Shown: positions 10,029 to 19,228, counted from the stretch's first letter. The stretch is DNA of 44,311 bases from Candidatus Moranbacteria bacterium GW2011_GWE2_36_40 (GCA_000991645.1 LBRX01000002.1:1-44311), one strand, 5' to 3'. Notes: generated from the sequence alone by a model not told the origin. Translations and numbers: made by a program.

Positions 10029-10074
10029 TTATCCACAGTGTTTTCTTGCAGTGTTAATATAGTAGTGATATAAT
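10029..10074 (+). promoter_or_regulatory. DnaA box plus lexA promoter
   Basis: TTATCCACA 10029-10037; TTGCAG-17-TATAAT with extended TG. Confidence 0.55.
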
Positions 10075-10132
10075 AGTATTGTTAGGAAGAAAATAATAAT
10101 AAAAATTTAATTTAATAATTTACAAAAAAAAT

Positions 10133-10801
10133 ATGGAAGTGAAGTTGACTGCGAAACAAAAAAACATTCTCGAATCAATTCGAGAACTCACCATGCAAAA
10201 AGGTGAAAAACCAACCAGCTATCGTGTTTGCAAACATCTTGTTGCTCAAGGAGCAAAAGAGAGCATGAAATCAGTGATGCAAGTAATTGAATCATTGGAA
10301 AAAAAGGAACTCATTACTCGCGATGATAAAAAGAAAATTTATCTCGTAGAAAATGATAGTTATGGCGACGCTCAAAACGTTATGTCTATTCCACTTTATG
10401 GTTTGGCATCTTGTGGAGAGGCTTTGGCTTATGCTGATGATAGTGGCACTGATGATTTCTTGCAACTTTCAAGGAGCTTGTTTCAACGCCCTGAGCCAGA
10501 AAAATTGTTTGCAGTTAAAGCTCTAGGAGATTCCATGAATAAAGAGGGAATTAGTGATGGAGACTATGTGATCTTTGAAAAAGCCGAAGGACAAAGTGAT
10601 TTTGAGGGCAAGATCGTGGTTGCTGTGATCAACGGGATGGCCACCATTAAACGTTATAAAAATGTTGGAAAGGGGATTATTGGTCTTTTCCCTCATTCCA
10701 CCAATTTTACTCATCATCCAATCTATCTTTCTGAGGCGGATGTAGTTTTTATTGCTGGGATTTTTAAGAAAGTGTTGCCTGTAAAATTTGTTAGTTTATA
10801 A
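10133..10801 (+). CDS. lexA: LexA-family repressor (wHTH + S24 peptidase)
   Basis: N-terminal LTAKQ wHTH, IPLYGLASCG cleavage region, GDSM catalytic Ser, ATIKR catalytic Lys. Confidence 0.85.
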   Translation: MEVKLTAKQKNILESIRELTMQKGEKPTSYRVCKHLVAQGAKESMKSVMQVIESLEKKELITRDDKKKIYLVENDSYGDAQNVMSIPLYGLASCGEALAYADDSGTDDFLQLSRSLFQRPEPEKLFAVKALGDSMNKEGISDGDYVIFEKAEGQSDFEGKIVVAVINGMATIKRYKNVGKGIIGLFPHSTNFTHHPIYLSEADVVFIAGIFKKVLPVKFVSL

Positions 10802-10820
10802 TATATTTCTTCCATGTCTT

Positions 10821-10863
10821 TCTCTCCTCAGTTGAGGAGAGATGTCCGTAGGACAGAGAGGTT
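10821..10863. repeat. Family-B element after lexA
   Basis: TCTCTCCTCA GT TGAGGAGAGA TGTCC GTA GGACA GAGAGGTT. Confidence 0.85.
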
Positions 10864-11081
10864 GATATGAGCATGAAAGAAGTGAGGTGATTTATTTTAG
10901 AAAATTTATTGTTAATAGAAAAAAGTACCTTAAAAATAAAACAGAATAATAAAAAGTAGAAGTAAATCTTGATATGTGCTAAAATAAGCATGTTATGTTT
11001 AAAAAGGTGCATATTATCCAATCTAGATTCAGTTGAATTCTTGTGGCGTTTACGCCATTTGAGTTTGCAAACATATATAGT

Positions 11082-13454
11082 ATGGGAAGACGAAAAAAAC
11101 AAGAAGTTGAAGTTGAAAAGGAGGAATTATTTTCCATTATGCATGGTGATGCCAAGCGAAGTGTGGCAGCAATTTTTTTGTTCACTTTTGCAGTGTTGTT
11201 TGTGCTAGGATTCTTGGCTGATGCAAAAATTATCGGAAGCGGACTTTTGTTGGATTGGCTTAATCTGTTGGCGGGGCTGATTTTTGGAATAGGAAAATAT
11301 ATTTCTCCGGTAGTTTTGGTAATTGCTGGAATAATTTTACTTTTTCGCAAGGAAACATTGTTTTATGTTTCAAAATTATTGGGCCTTACAATTGCATTCT
11401 CTAGTGTTTTGGGATTAATTCATATTTTGGCCTATGATGGTGAGAAAATGTTGAGTATTGCAAAGGCTGGAGAAGGCGGTGGTTTTATTGGATATATTTT
11501 TGCAATAATTTTTCTGAAATTAGCTGGGACAATAGGAGGAAGTGTTATTTTGGTTTCTCTTTTTTTAATTGGTGTTATTGTTGCTTTCAATTTTTCATTG
11601 ATAACTTTGCTTAAGAAATTTATTAAGGAAAAAGTTGATCAGGAAAAAGTGGAAGCAGAAGATAATGAAATTGTTGATGATGTTGATGAAGATTCAGAAG
11701 AAGATGTCGATGAAGATCCAATTATTGAAGTTGAAAATGAAAATCTTTCCAAAAAAACAGAGTTTGTGCAAGATCCAAATGAGGACGAAGAAAAAGAGAG
11801 TCGCATGGCTAATGTGCTCAAGAAAGCTGCAGCCTGGAAGCCTAAGGGAGAAAAAAATAAAGAAAAGAAAGAGCAGATTGAGGATCTTGATTGGGAGCTC
11901 CCTCCAGTTTCACTTTTGGAATCTTCTATCGAGAAAGCGCAAGGGGGAGATGTTGAAAAAAATGCAAAAATTATTCAAGAAACCTTGCTTAATTTTGGTA
12001 TTGAGGTTGAATTGGGCGAAATTAAAACTGGTCCAACCGTAACTCAGTATAGTTTTCGTCCTGCTGTTGGTGTGAAATTAAGCAGAATCACAACGCTCAG
12101 TAGCGACTTGGCTTTGCGTTTGGCGGCACGTCAGGTTCGCATAGAAGCTCCAATTCCAGGAAGATCATTGGTTGGAATAGAAGTTCCAAACAAAACAACT
12201 GCCACAATAAGATTGCCAGAGCTTTTGCAAGCCTTGGAATTTGAAAATAGGAAATCAAATTTGTTGTTGGCGCTAGGAAAGGACGTTAGTGGAAATTATA
12301 TTTTTGGAGATTTGAAAAAGATGCCACATTTGTTGATTGCTGGTTCTACTGGCAGTGGAAAAAGTGTTTGCGTCAACACAATTTTAATATCGATGCTGTA
12401 TCAAAATTCTCCTCAGGATTTGAAGTTGATATTGGTTGATCCAAAGCGTGTTGAGCTTACTCCATATAATGGAATTCCACATTTATTGACTGACGTGATT
12501 GTTGAAAATGGGAAGGTTTTGAGTGCATTAAAATGGGCCATTGGAGAGATGGAACGTCGATACAAGATCTTGCAAAAGGTTGGTTCTAAAGATATTTCTT
12601 CTTTCAATAAAAAAGCTGAGAGTGGAGAGCTGTTCAAAAATATTAATACTGAAACAGGTGAAATAACTGAAGAATGTGTTGAAAAAATTCCATATATTGT
12701 TATTGTTATTGATGAATTGGCTGATTTGATGGCATCTCATGGAAAAGAGGTTGAGGGAGCTATCATACGCTTGGCTCAAATGGCTAGAGCAGTAGGAATT
12801 CATTTGATTCTTAGTACTCAAAAACCAATAGTGACTGTTATCACAAGTCTTATCAAATCAAACATACCAACACGTATTGCATTTCGTGTTCCGTCATTGA
12901 TGGATTCTAGAACAATTTTGGATGCAAGTGGTGCCGAAAAACTTCTGGGAAATGGTGACATGCTTTTTTCTGCAGCTGAGGCTGTTGATCTTAGGCGCGT
13001 GCAAGGAGTTTTTGTTTCAGAAGAAGAAGTTAAAAGGGTTGTCGAATTCATTAAAGGTCAAAGATCTGAAAAAATGGAGGATAACTTGGATGATGAAATA
13101 GTTGTTGGTGAATCAAAACCTGAAGGAAACAAAAATGGGGAAGTGAAAACCGTGCAATATGCTGATAAAATAGATTTTGATTCCATTGAGGCTAGTGACC
13201 AAGAAGATTTATTGTACGATGAAGCCAAAAAAATCGTCATTCAATCTGGGAAAGCGTCATCATCTCTTTTGCAAAGAAGACTCAGGGTTGGATATTCAAG
13301 GGCTGCACGATTGATTGATATGTTGGAGGAAAGAGGTATTATAGGTGCGGCTGATGGAGCTAAACCTCGTGAAATCCTGGTTGGCAACAATGATCAGCCA
13401 CAATATGAAGAACCAATGATGGACCAAGTAGCGAGGGATAAATGGCAAATGTAA
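11082..13454 (+). CDS. ftsK: DNA translocase FtsK/SpoIIIE
   Basis: N-terminal TM helices, PHLLIAGSTGSGKS, DELADLM, gamma domain LQRRLRVGYSRAARL. Confidence 0.97.
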   Translation: MGRRKKQEVEVEKEELFSIMHGDAKRSVAAIFLFTFAVLFVLGFLADAKIIGSGLLLDWLNLLAGLIFGIGKYISPVVLVIAGIILLFRKETLFYVSKLLGLTIAFSSVLGLIHILAYDGEKMLSIAKAGEGGGFIGYIFAIIFLKLAGTIGGSVILVSLFLIGVIVAFNFSLITLLKKFIKEKVDQEKVEAEDNEIVDDVDEDSEEDVDEDPIIEVENENLSKKTEFVQDPNEDEEKESRMANVLKKAAAWKPKGEKNKEKKEQIEDLDWELPPVSLLESSIEKAQGGDVEKNAKIIQETLLNFGIEVELGEIKTGPTVTQYSFRPAVGVKLSRITTLSSDLALRLAARQVRIEAPIPGRSLVGIEVPNKTTATIRLPELLQALEFENRKSNLLLALGKDVSGNYIFGDLKKMPHLLIAGSTGSGKSVCVNTILISMLYQNSPQDLKLILVDPKRVELTPYNGIPHLLTDVIVENGKVLSALKWAIGEMERRYKILQKVGSKDISSFNKKAESGELFKNINTETGEITEECVEKIPYIVIVIDELADLMASHGKEVEGAIIRLAQMARAVGIHLILSTQKPIVTVITSLIKSNIPTRIAFRVPSLMDSRTILDASGAEKLLGNGDMLFSAAEAVDLRRVQGVFVSEEEVKRVVEFIKGQRSEKMEDNLDDEIVVGESKPEGNKNGEVKTVQYADKIDFDSIEASDQEDLLYDEAKKIVIQSGKASSSLLQRRLRVGYSRAARLIDMLEERGIIGAADGAKPREILVGNNDQPQYEEPMMDQVARDKWQM

Positions 13455-13460
13455 AAAACA

Positions 13461-13547
13461 CGATTCGAAACTACGAATGGCATTCGAATCTACGAACAAA
13501 CGCAAATTTTTTTCGTAGATTCGTATATGTTTAGTAGTTTCGTATCG
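13461..13547. repeat. Inverted TACGAA/TTCGTA array
   Basis: Imperfect IR filling the ftsK-HTH gap; a degenerate sister copy lies at 14588-14667. Confidence 0.75.
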
Positions 13548-13549
13548 GT

Positions 13550-14566
13550 ATGTGTATGGTTAGATTCACCACTAAAAAGATAGATTCATTGACCCTTGGA
13601 GAGCGCATGAAAAAGTTGAGAGATGAGCGCAGACTAAGCTTGATGGAAATTTCAAAGCATACCAAAATTCAAGTAAAATATCTTGAATATATTGAAGATG
13701 GTGTGTACGCCAAACTCCCAGCTGATGTTTACGTGAAGGGATTTTTGAGAAGCTATGCAATTTTTATGGGCTTGAGTGAATCAAACATAATTAAACAATT
13801 TGAACGAGAAAAGGGTATTCATAAAAATATCAAAAAAGTTGTCGAAGATGAAAATGTGGGAAAACCTTTGAAATTTTCAAGTTTGGTTATCACACCAAAA
13901 ATGATTATTGTGACATCCATATTATTGCTAGTAGCGTCTAGTTTTGTTTATTTGTATATGCAAGTGAATAATTTCGTTTCCAAGCCTAGATTGGTAATAA
14001 TGGCTCCATCTGATGGATCAAGGGTAAATGGAAATTCTGTGCATGTTACTGGAATTGCTGAGAAAGATGCATTGGTCTTCATAAATGATCAGCCAATACT
14101 AGTAAGTGAAAAAGGAGAATTCAGTGAGGATGTTGGACTCACGCCAGGAGTAAATAGCATAAGTATTAAGGCGCGAAGTAAATTCAACAAAGAAGCTGTC
14201 GAGTCTATTATTGTTAATGCTGATTTTGAAAACAATGTTTCTGAGCAGTCAGACAATGCTATTGTTGACGAGCTGAATCAGCAAATTCAACCAGTTCAAT
14301 CATTGGAACCAATAAAACTTGAAATTCACGTAAGTCCTAATCCAACTTGGATGTCAATTGAAGCTGATGGAAATCTTGTTTATAGCGGCGTTCTTTTGCC
14401 GGATTCTGTTCAAGCATTTGATGCTAATGAGAATGTTAGCATAACATCTGGAAAAGGAAATGAAACTTTTGTTAAAATAAACGGTAAAGAGTTTGGTGCA
14501 CTTAGCACTGATGGTACTGTTGTGCGTGATGTCAAATATAATGCGAAGGGGAAGATTGAAAATTAA
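13550..14566 (+). CDS. RodZ-like protein (XRE HTH, TM, Ig-like and DUF4115-like domain)
   Basis: LGERMKKLR...LPADVYVKGFLRSYA HTH, single TM, located after ftsK. Confidence 0.75.
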   Translation: MCMVRFTTKKIDSLTLGERMKKLRDERRLSLMEISKHTKIQVKYLEYIEDGVYAKLPADVYVKGFLRSYAIFMGLSESNIIKQFEREKGIHKNIKKVVEDENVGKPLKFSSLVITPKMIIVTSILLLVASSFVYLYMQVNNFVSKPRLVIMAPSDGSRVNGNSVHVTGIAEKDALVFINDQPILVSEKGEFSEDVGLTPGVNSISIKARSKFNKEAVESIIVNADFENNVSEQSDNAIVDELNQQIQPVQSLEPIKLEIHVSPNPTWMSIEADGNLVYSGVLLPDSVQAFDANENVSITSGKGNETFVKINGKEFGALSTDGTVVRDVKYNAKGKIEN

Positions 14567-14677
14567 TAAAATTAAAAAAAATAAATACGATCAAAAACAA
14601 CAAACTATTCTTTAATCTCCAAAAATTATTTTGTGTAGATTCGGATATATTTTGTAGTTTGGTATCGGTATACAAAA

Positions 14678-15712
14678 ATGGCGAAAGAAAAAAAGGCACC
14701 AAAGGATGCCGTGGAAAAACACAAGCAAGCTGATAAAAAAGATATAGATAAATTGGTTGATGATATGCAGGAAAAATTTGGGGAAGGAATGTTGATGAAA
14801 TTGGGAGATGTAAAAAGAGTTGATGTTGAATCTATCCCAACAGGATCTATTTCTTTGGATATAGCTATGGGGATAGGCGGTGTTCCTCGCGGAAGAATTG
14901 TTGAGATTTATGGACCTGAATCTTCTGGAAAAACAACCTTAACTTTACATATTGTTGCTAATGCTCAAAAAAATGGCGGAACAGCTGCATTCGTTGATGC
15001 GGAACATGCTCTTGATCCTGAATATGCCCAAAAGATCGGTGTCGATATTAAAAACCTATTAGTTTCTCAGCCAGATACTGGCGAACAAGCTTTGGACATT
15101 GTTGAATCATTGGTGCGCTCAAGTATGGTGGATGTGATTGTGGTGGACTCTGTGGCGGCGTTGGTTCCAAAGGCTGAGATTGAGGGGGAGATGGGAGATC
15201 AGCATGTTGGACGTCAAGCAAGGTTGATGAGTCAAGCCTTGAGAAAACTTACAGCAATTATTTCTCGTTCAAATACGACAGTGATTTTCATTAATCAGAT
15301 TCGTATGAAAATTGGAGTGATGTTTGGAAATCCTGAGACAACAACTGGTGGACAAGCTTTAAAATTTTATTCTTCAGTGCGAGTTGAAGTTCGTCGAGCT
15401 GCTCAAATTAAAAAAGGAGAGGATGTTGTTGGAAATCGCGTGAAAGTTAAGATTGTAAAAAACAAAGTTGCGCCACCTTTTAAAACTGCTGAATTTGATA
15501 TTATGTACAACGAAGGAATTTCTTTGGCTGGAGATTTGCTGGATGCGGGAGTGAAGTTTGAGATAGTAAAAAAATCCGGCAATTCTCTTTCTTATGGGGA
15601 AACAAAGCTTGGAGCTGGTCGTGAAAGTGCCAAGGTATTTTTAAAAGAAAATTCTAAAATTGCTGATAAGATTTTCAAGGAAATCTCAGAAAAAGCCAAG
15701 CTTGCAGCATAA
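14678..15712 (+). CDS. recA: Recombinase A
   Basis: [37 protein letters not shown]. Confidence 0.99.
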   Translation: MAKEKKAPKDAVEKHKQADKKDIDKLVDDMQEKFGEGMLMKLGDVKRVDVESIPTGSISLDIAMGIGGVPRGRIVEIYGPESSGKTTLTLHIVANAQKNGGTAAFVDAEHALDPEYAQKIGVDIKNLLVSQPDTGEQALDIVESLVRSSMVDVIVVDSVAALVPKAEIEGEMGDQHVGRQARLMSQALRKLTAIISRSNTTVIFINQIRMKIGVMFGNPETTTGGQALKFYSSVRVEVRRAAQIKKGEDVVGNRVKVKIVKNKVAPPFKTAEFDIMYNEGISLAGDLLDAGVKFEIVKKSGNSLSYGETKLGAGRESAKVFLKENSKIADKIFKEISEKAKLAA

Positions 15713-15785
15713 AAATTTTAAGATTATGTTTTTTTTGAAAATTGTCTGCCAGCCAAGCAGGCAAGAAAATTCTGAAGTTATAATT

Positions 15786-15830
15786 TCAGCAAAAAGTACA
15801 TTTGACTTTTTGCTGATTTGGGTGTATAAT
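15786..15830 (+). promoter_or_regulatory. Promoter with overlapping 12-7-12 inverted repeat
   Basis: TCAGCAAAAAGT-N7-ACTTTTTGCTGA overlapping TTGACT-17-TATAAT. Confidence 0.6.
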
Positions 15831-15940
15831 GTATTTATAGGGATAAGAACCGGGTGATTTATTGCCACGGTTCTTTTCTTTAAGATAAAAGTAAATAATA
15901 AATAAATCATTAATTTTTGCTCGGGGGAGCAATAAAAACA

Positions 15941-15983
15941 TCCCAGTTAAATAGTGCGGAGTACCGCAATTTAACAGGGTAAA
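15941..15983 (+). repeat. Family-A element
   Basis: TCCCAGTTAAATAGTGCGGAGTACCGCAATTTAACAGGGTAAA. Confidence 0.85.
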
Positions 15984-15990
15984 CAAAAAT

Positions 15991-16131
15991 ATGGAGACAA
16001 CACACAAGTGTCCTCATTGTGACAAAAGAGCCAAGCATGAGGCACAACAAGAGGAATTTAATTTGGCAGTTTTGGTTTCACTGGTTCCTCTGATGGTTTT
16101 CACTCTATTTGGACAAATTGGACTTTTCTAA
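15991..16131 (+). CDS. 46-aa CxxC membrane micro-protein
   Basis: Manually translated: METTHKCPHCDKRAKHEAQQEEFNLAVLVSLVPLMVFTLFGQIGLF*; has its own promoter and terminator. Confidence 0.7.
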   Translation: METTHKCPHCDKRAKHEAQQEEFNLAVLVSLVPLMVFTLFGQIGLF

Positions 16132-16141
16132 GCCCAAATTG

Positions 16142-16167
16142 AAATCCCGCTTTCGTGCGGGGTTTTT
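16142..16167 (+). terminator. Terminator after the micro-ORF
   Basis: ATCCCGC TTTCGT GCGGGGT TTTT. Confidence 0.65.
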
Positions 16168-16226
16168 GTTTTTGGTTTGTATCTGTTATATTTTTTTATT
16201 TCTTGATTGCAGTATATTTTTATAGC

Positions 16227-16255
16227 AAAAAACCATCCTTGAGGATGGTTTTTTT
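16227..16255. terminator. Bidirectional terminator
   Basis: AAAAAACCATCCT TG AGGATGGTTTTTTT between convergent units. Confidence 0.75.
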
Positions 16256-16268
16256 GTGGCTTGTTTTT

Positions 16269-16318
16269 ACCTCACATGTCATGAGTACATGACATCCTCT
16301 CCTTATCAAAGGAGAGGA
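16269..16318. repeat. Family-B element after efp
   Basis: ACCTCAC ATGTCATG..CATGACAT CCTCTCCTT..AAGGAGAGG. Confidence 0.85.
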
Positions 16319-16338
16319 AACTATTGAAGAAAGTTATT

Positions 16339-16896
16339 TTATGCCCTCGATACGTATTGGCCTTTTTCGGTATTGATGATGATCTTGTCGCCTTCGTTGA
16401 CGAAAAGAGGAGTTGTGACCTTGAGGCCGGTTTCAAGAGTAACAACTTTGTCGCCGCCAGAAGAAGTGTCACCTTTGACTCCTGGTGGAGCTTCGGTTAC
16501 CAATAGCGTTACCTTTATTGGTAGCTCGATGTTGACTGGAATTTCATTGAAGTTAAGCACACTTACTTCGGTTCCTTCCAAAAGATACAAGTATGAATCT
16601 CCAATTACATCTTTTGCAAGAGTAAATTGGTCATAGGTTGTCATATCCATAAACACGAATCCATCTTGTTCAGCATAGAGGTATTGTGCTTTTGATTTTG
16701 ACATGTCAGCCTCATCAGCCTTGTCTGATCCATTGAAAGTTTTTTCCAATACACTTCCGTTGAGAAGATTTTTGAGCTTGGTTCGAAGTACTGCGCCAGC
16801 ACGTCCCGTCTTGGAATGCTCAGCAGATAGCACTACATATGGGGAACCTTCCCAGAGAATGTTTTTGCCAGCTTTGATATCACTTATTCCTAACAT
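16339..16896 (-). CDS. efp: Elongation factor P
   Basis: HSKTGRAGA loop, PPGVKGDT, LETGL, G.Y..R; the track's upstream extension is repeat-derived, so ATG 16896 is preferred. Confidence 0.97.
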   Translation of the reverse strand: MLGISDIKAGKNILWEGSPYVVLSAEHSKTGRAGAVLRTKLKNLLNGSVLEKTFNGSDKADEADMSKSKAQYLYAEQDGFVFMDMTTYDQFTLAKDVIGDSYLYLLEGTEVSVLNFNEIPVNIELPIKVTLLVTEAPPGVKGDTSSGGDKVVTLETGLKVTTPLFVNEGDKIIINTEKGQYVSRA

Positions 16897-16903
16897 ATTT
16901 TTG

Positions 16904-16969
16904 ACTAACAACTGACAACAATCAACTAACAACAAGTGATGAGTTGTAAGTTGTGAGTTGTAAGTTGTT
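16904..16969. repeat. Inverted heptamer array
   Basis: ACAACT/ACTAACA units facing AGTTGT(A/G)A units. Confidence 0.8.
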
Positions 16970-16971
16970 TG

Positions 16972-17178
16972 TTATTTAACTACAAAAGGTGCAAGTGCCA
17001 TCACGCGAGCACGCTTGATTGCTTGAGAAAGTGTTCGTTGGTGTTTTGTGCAAATCCCATGTCTTTTTGGTGGGTAGATTTTTCCTTGTGAGTTCATAAA
17101 TCTGCGAATTAGATAAGCATCTTTGTAGTCGATCTTATCCATTTTTTCATCACAGAAATAACATTGTTTTCGTTCCAT
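16972..17178 (-). CDS. rpsR: 30S ribosomal protein S18 (Zn-binding C+ form)
   Basis: CYFC...IDYKD...C.KHQR...AIKRAR. Confidence 0.98.
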   Translation of the reverse strand: MERKQCYFCDEKMDKIDYKDAYLIRRFMNSQGKIYPPKRHGICTKHQRTLSQAIKRARVMALAPFVVK

Positions 17179-17184
17179 AGATTT

Positions 17185-17263
17185 TAGTTGAGTGGTTGAT
17201 TAGTTGATTTGTTAATTAGGAATTTTTTGAATTTAACCTATTTAACTAATTAACTAAGTGACT
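17185..17263. repeat. Inverted octamer array (TAGTTGAT family)
   Basis: (TAGTTGAT)n-TAGGAATT..CCTA-(TTAACTAA)n. Confidence 0.8.
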
Positions 17264-17274
17264 GTTTAACTTAT

Positions 17275-17763
17275 TTAGAAGGGTACGTCTTCAATTCTAA
17301 CTTCATCAGTTTCTTCATCAAGATTGATGGTTGGAATTTCTTCTGCTATCGGTGCTTGTTGTTGAGAAGCTGGACGAGATGCTGCAGCGGCTGCACCCAT
17401 CGTTGCTGGAGCTGGTCTTGGTCCGGATGAACCTTGCGCACGCTGTCCCATCTGCATGTTTTCAGCAATTATTTCTGTTGTTTTCCTTTCGACTCCGTCT
17501 TTGCCGGTAAAGGAATTTGTTTCGAGTCTTCCTTCGAAATATGCTTCTTGTCCTTTGGTTAGATATTGTCCAGCAATTTCAGCTAAACGTCCCCAAATTA
17601 CAATGTTGTGAAATTCCGTTTTCTCTTGTTTTTGTCCAGCTTTATCATTCCAAGTTCGGTTTGTTGCGATTCCAACTCTAGTCACTGTTTGGCCAGAAGG
17701 AGTGGTGCGCAATTCAGGGTCTCTAGTTAAACGTCCGATGAGTTGAACTTTGTTTAAATTCAT
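17275..17763 (-). CDS. ssb: Single-stranded DNA-binding protein
   Basis: LNKVQLIGRLTRDPELR, acidic EDVPF tail, rpsF-ssb-rpsR synteny. Confidence 0.99.
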   Translation of the reverse strand: MNLNKVQLIGRLTRDPELRTTPSGQTVTRVGIATNRTWNDKAGQKQEKTEFHNIVIWGRLAEIAGQYLTKGQEAYFEGRLETNSFTGKDGVERKTTEIIAENMQMGQRAQGSSGPRPAPATMGAAAAASRPASQQQAPIAEEIPTINLDEETDEVRIEDVPF

Positions 17764-17765
17764 AG

Positions 17766-17843
17766 TAGTTGATTAGTTGATTAGTTGCATAGTTGATTAG
17801 GAATTTTTCCTATTTAACTAGTAAGCTAATTAACTATTTAACT
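17766..17843. repeat. Inverted octamer array (TAGTTGAT family)
   Basis: Same architecture as the 17185 copy. Confidence 0.8.
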
Positions 17844-17868
17844 TTTTAAATTTGTTTAACGAATTTAA

Positions 17869-18426
17869 TTAAATATTGAGTAGCTCATCCAATTGCTTGT
17901 CGATGTTTTTTGATTCTTCTTTTGGAGTTTCAATTTTTTTTGCTGGAGCAGCAGTTGGGGTTGTTTGACGTTGAACAGGTCGTTGTGCTGGACGATAATT
18001 GTTGTCGCGTCGATCATTGTTTCTTGTTTGTGGTCTTTGTGCTCCTTGTGGTTTTTGCGAATTCATTTCTTGTGCTTTGCGACGATCTTTAGCACCGAGA
18101 TCTGGCAAATCTTTTGTTTTTACTATTATGAATCGCAAAACATCATTATTAAGATTCATCTTGTTTGTGATGGCGCTGATTCCAAATTCTTTTTCTCCAT
18201 TTGCTTCATCTGCCCAAAAGTCATTTTCGGGAAGTTCGAAACGTCTGGTAATATAGATCCCTTTGTTTTGGTGCTTGATTTCATAAGCGAGTTTTCTTTT
18301 TTCGCTTAATTCTTCTCCAACCATTGTGGCATTTTCCAATGCCAAGATTGCATTAACTCCTTCTTTGATTGCGGGCAGGTTTGCTTCTTGGCGTTCGCCA
18401 ACAAGGTAAAACAGTTCGTATTGCAT
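17869..18426 (-). CDS. rpsF: 30S ribosomal protein S6 with long C-terminal tail
   Basis: MQYELFYLV, KRKLAYEI, VLRFIIVK; operon position. Confidence 0.95.
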   Translation of the reverse strand: MQYELFYLVGERQEANLPAIKEGVNAILALENATMVGEELSEKRKLAYEIKHQNKGIYITRRFELPENDFWADEANGEKEFGISAITNKMNLNNDVLRFIIVKTKDLPDLGAKDRRKAQEMNSQKPQGAQRPQTRNNDRRDNNYRPAQRPVQRQTTPTAAPAKKIETPKEESKNIDKQLDELLNI

Positions 18427-18487
18427 ACGCGTTTTGTTTAATTAATTATAATTGATCAATAAAATTGTGAAAACTTTTTATTGAAAT

Positions 18488-18604
18488 AATTTTGAATTTC
18501 TAATTTTGAATTTCGAATCAAACTTGAATGATAGAATGTTTAAAACATTAAATCATTAAAAATTAAAAATTGATTCGAAATTCGAGTTTCAAAATTCAAA
18601 ATTT
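18488..18604. repeat. Inverted heptamer array (AATTTTG/CAAAATT)
   Basis: Imperfect ~115-bp IR built of heptamers. Confidence 0.75.
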
Positions 18605-18608
18605 CTAC

Positions 18609-18712
18609 AAAAAAATTCCACCAAACAAGAAAATCCTTGCTTTTAGTGGAGCATTCCAACCTATCCGTTTTTGGCTCAACGGCGGGCTAGATTCGGACTT
18701 TCTTAGTTGTGA
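18609..18712 (-). ncRNA. Candidate S6:S18-type leader RNA with terminator hairpin
   Basis: Follows a promoter; stem UCCGAAUCUA/UAGGUUGGA with a GCCCG internal loop and CCGUU/AACGG cap, then a UCCAC..GUGGA hairpin with U tract, upstream of rpsF. Confidence 0.45.
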
Positions 18713-18716
18713 ATAA

Positions 18717-18744
18717 ATTATAGCAGGTTTTGGGGATTTGGCAA
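18717..18744 (-). promoter_or_regulatory. Sigma70 promoter of the rpsF operon
   Basis: TTGCCA-16 bp-TATAAT with extended TG (minus strand). Confidence 0.6.
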
Positions 18745-19000
18745 GAGTTAAGGCGCTTTCACGATGGAAAGCGCCTTTTGGTTTAAATCCATTTGTCCAC
18801 AGTGCACCTCCTGATTGTGTTTGGATTCCTAAGCTCCTTTGTCGACCATCGGATCTCTGTGTCTGCAACCTTTCTCTTTCATGATCGTTTCCTCCTTTAA
18901 ATGGATGACAACTTTGTATTGATATATTATCAATTTTGATGAGTAATTGTCAAATTGATGTTTGTGGACATTTTTATAATAAAATTGTAGTATTAGATAT

Positions 19001-19125
19001 CAATTTTCAATTTTTAATTTTCAATTTTCAAACAAATCTCAATGATTCAATGTTATAATTTTCAAACATTGAGAAATTAAGTCATTGGAAATTGTTTAGA
19101 AATTAGAAATTGAAAATTAGAAATT
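19001..19125. repeat. Inverted heptamer array (CAATTTT/AAATTAG)
   Basis: Imperfect ~125-bp IR; sister copy at 44025-44162. Confidence 0.8.
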
Positions 19126-19133
19126 ATTAATCT

Positions 19134-19228
19134 ATGAAATTTGAAATTAACTCAAAATATAAACCTGCTGGCGACCCCAGTAGCAGATCCGTCTGCTGAC
19201 GGCTCGCTACGGGGCAAGCCAACCTCAA
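19134..19228 (+). pseudogene. Relic uvrB 5' end interrupted by a palindromic element
   Basis: MKFEINSKYKPAGD-[44-bp insert]-QPQ versus intact UvrB start [16 protein letters not shown]. Confidence 0.8.

Noticed and set aside
16897-16935. N-terminal extensions of efp (also rsmI, recO, ftsK) in the ORF track
   Set aside because: They arise from repeats or promoter sequence; homology begins at downstream ATGs.
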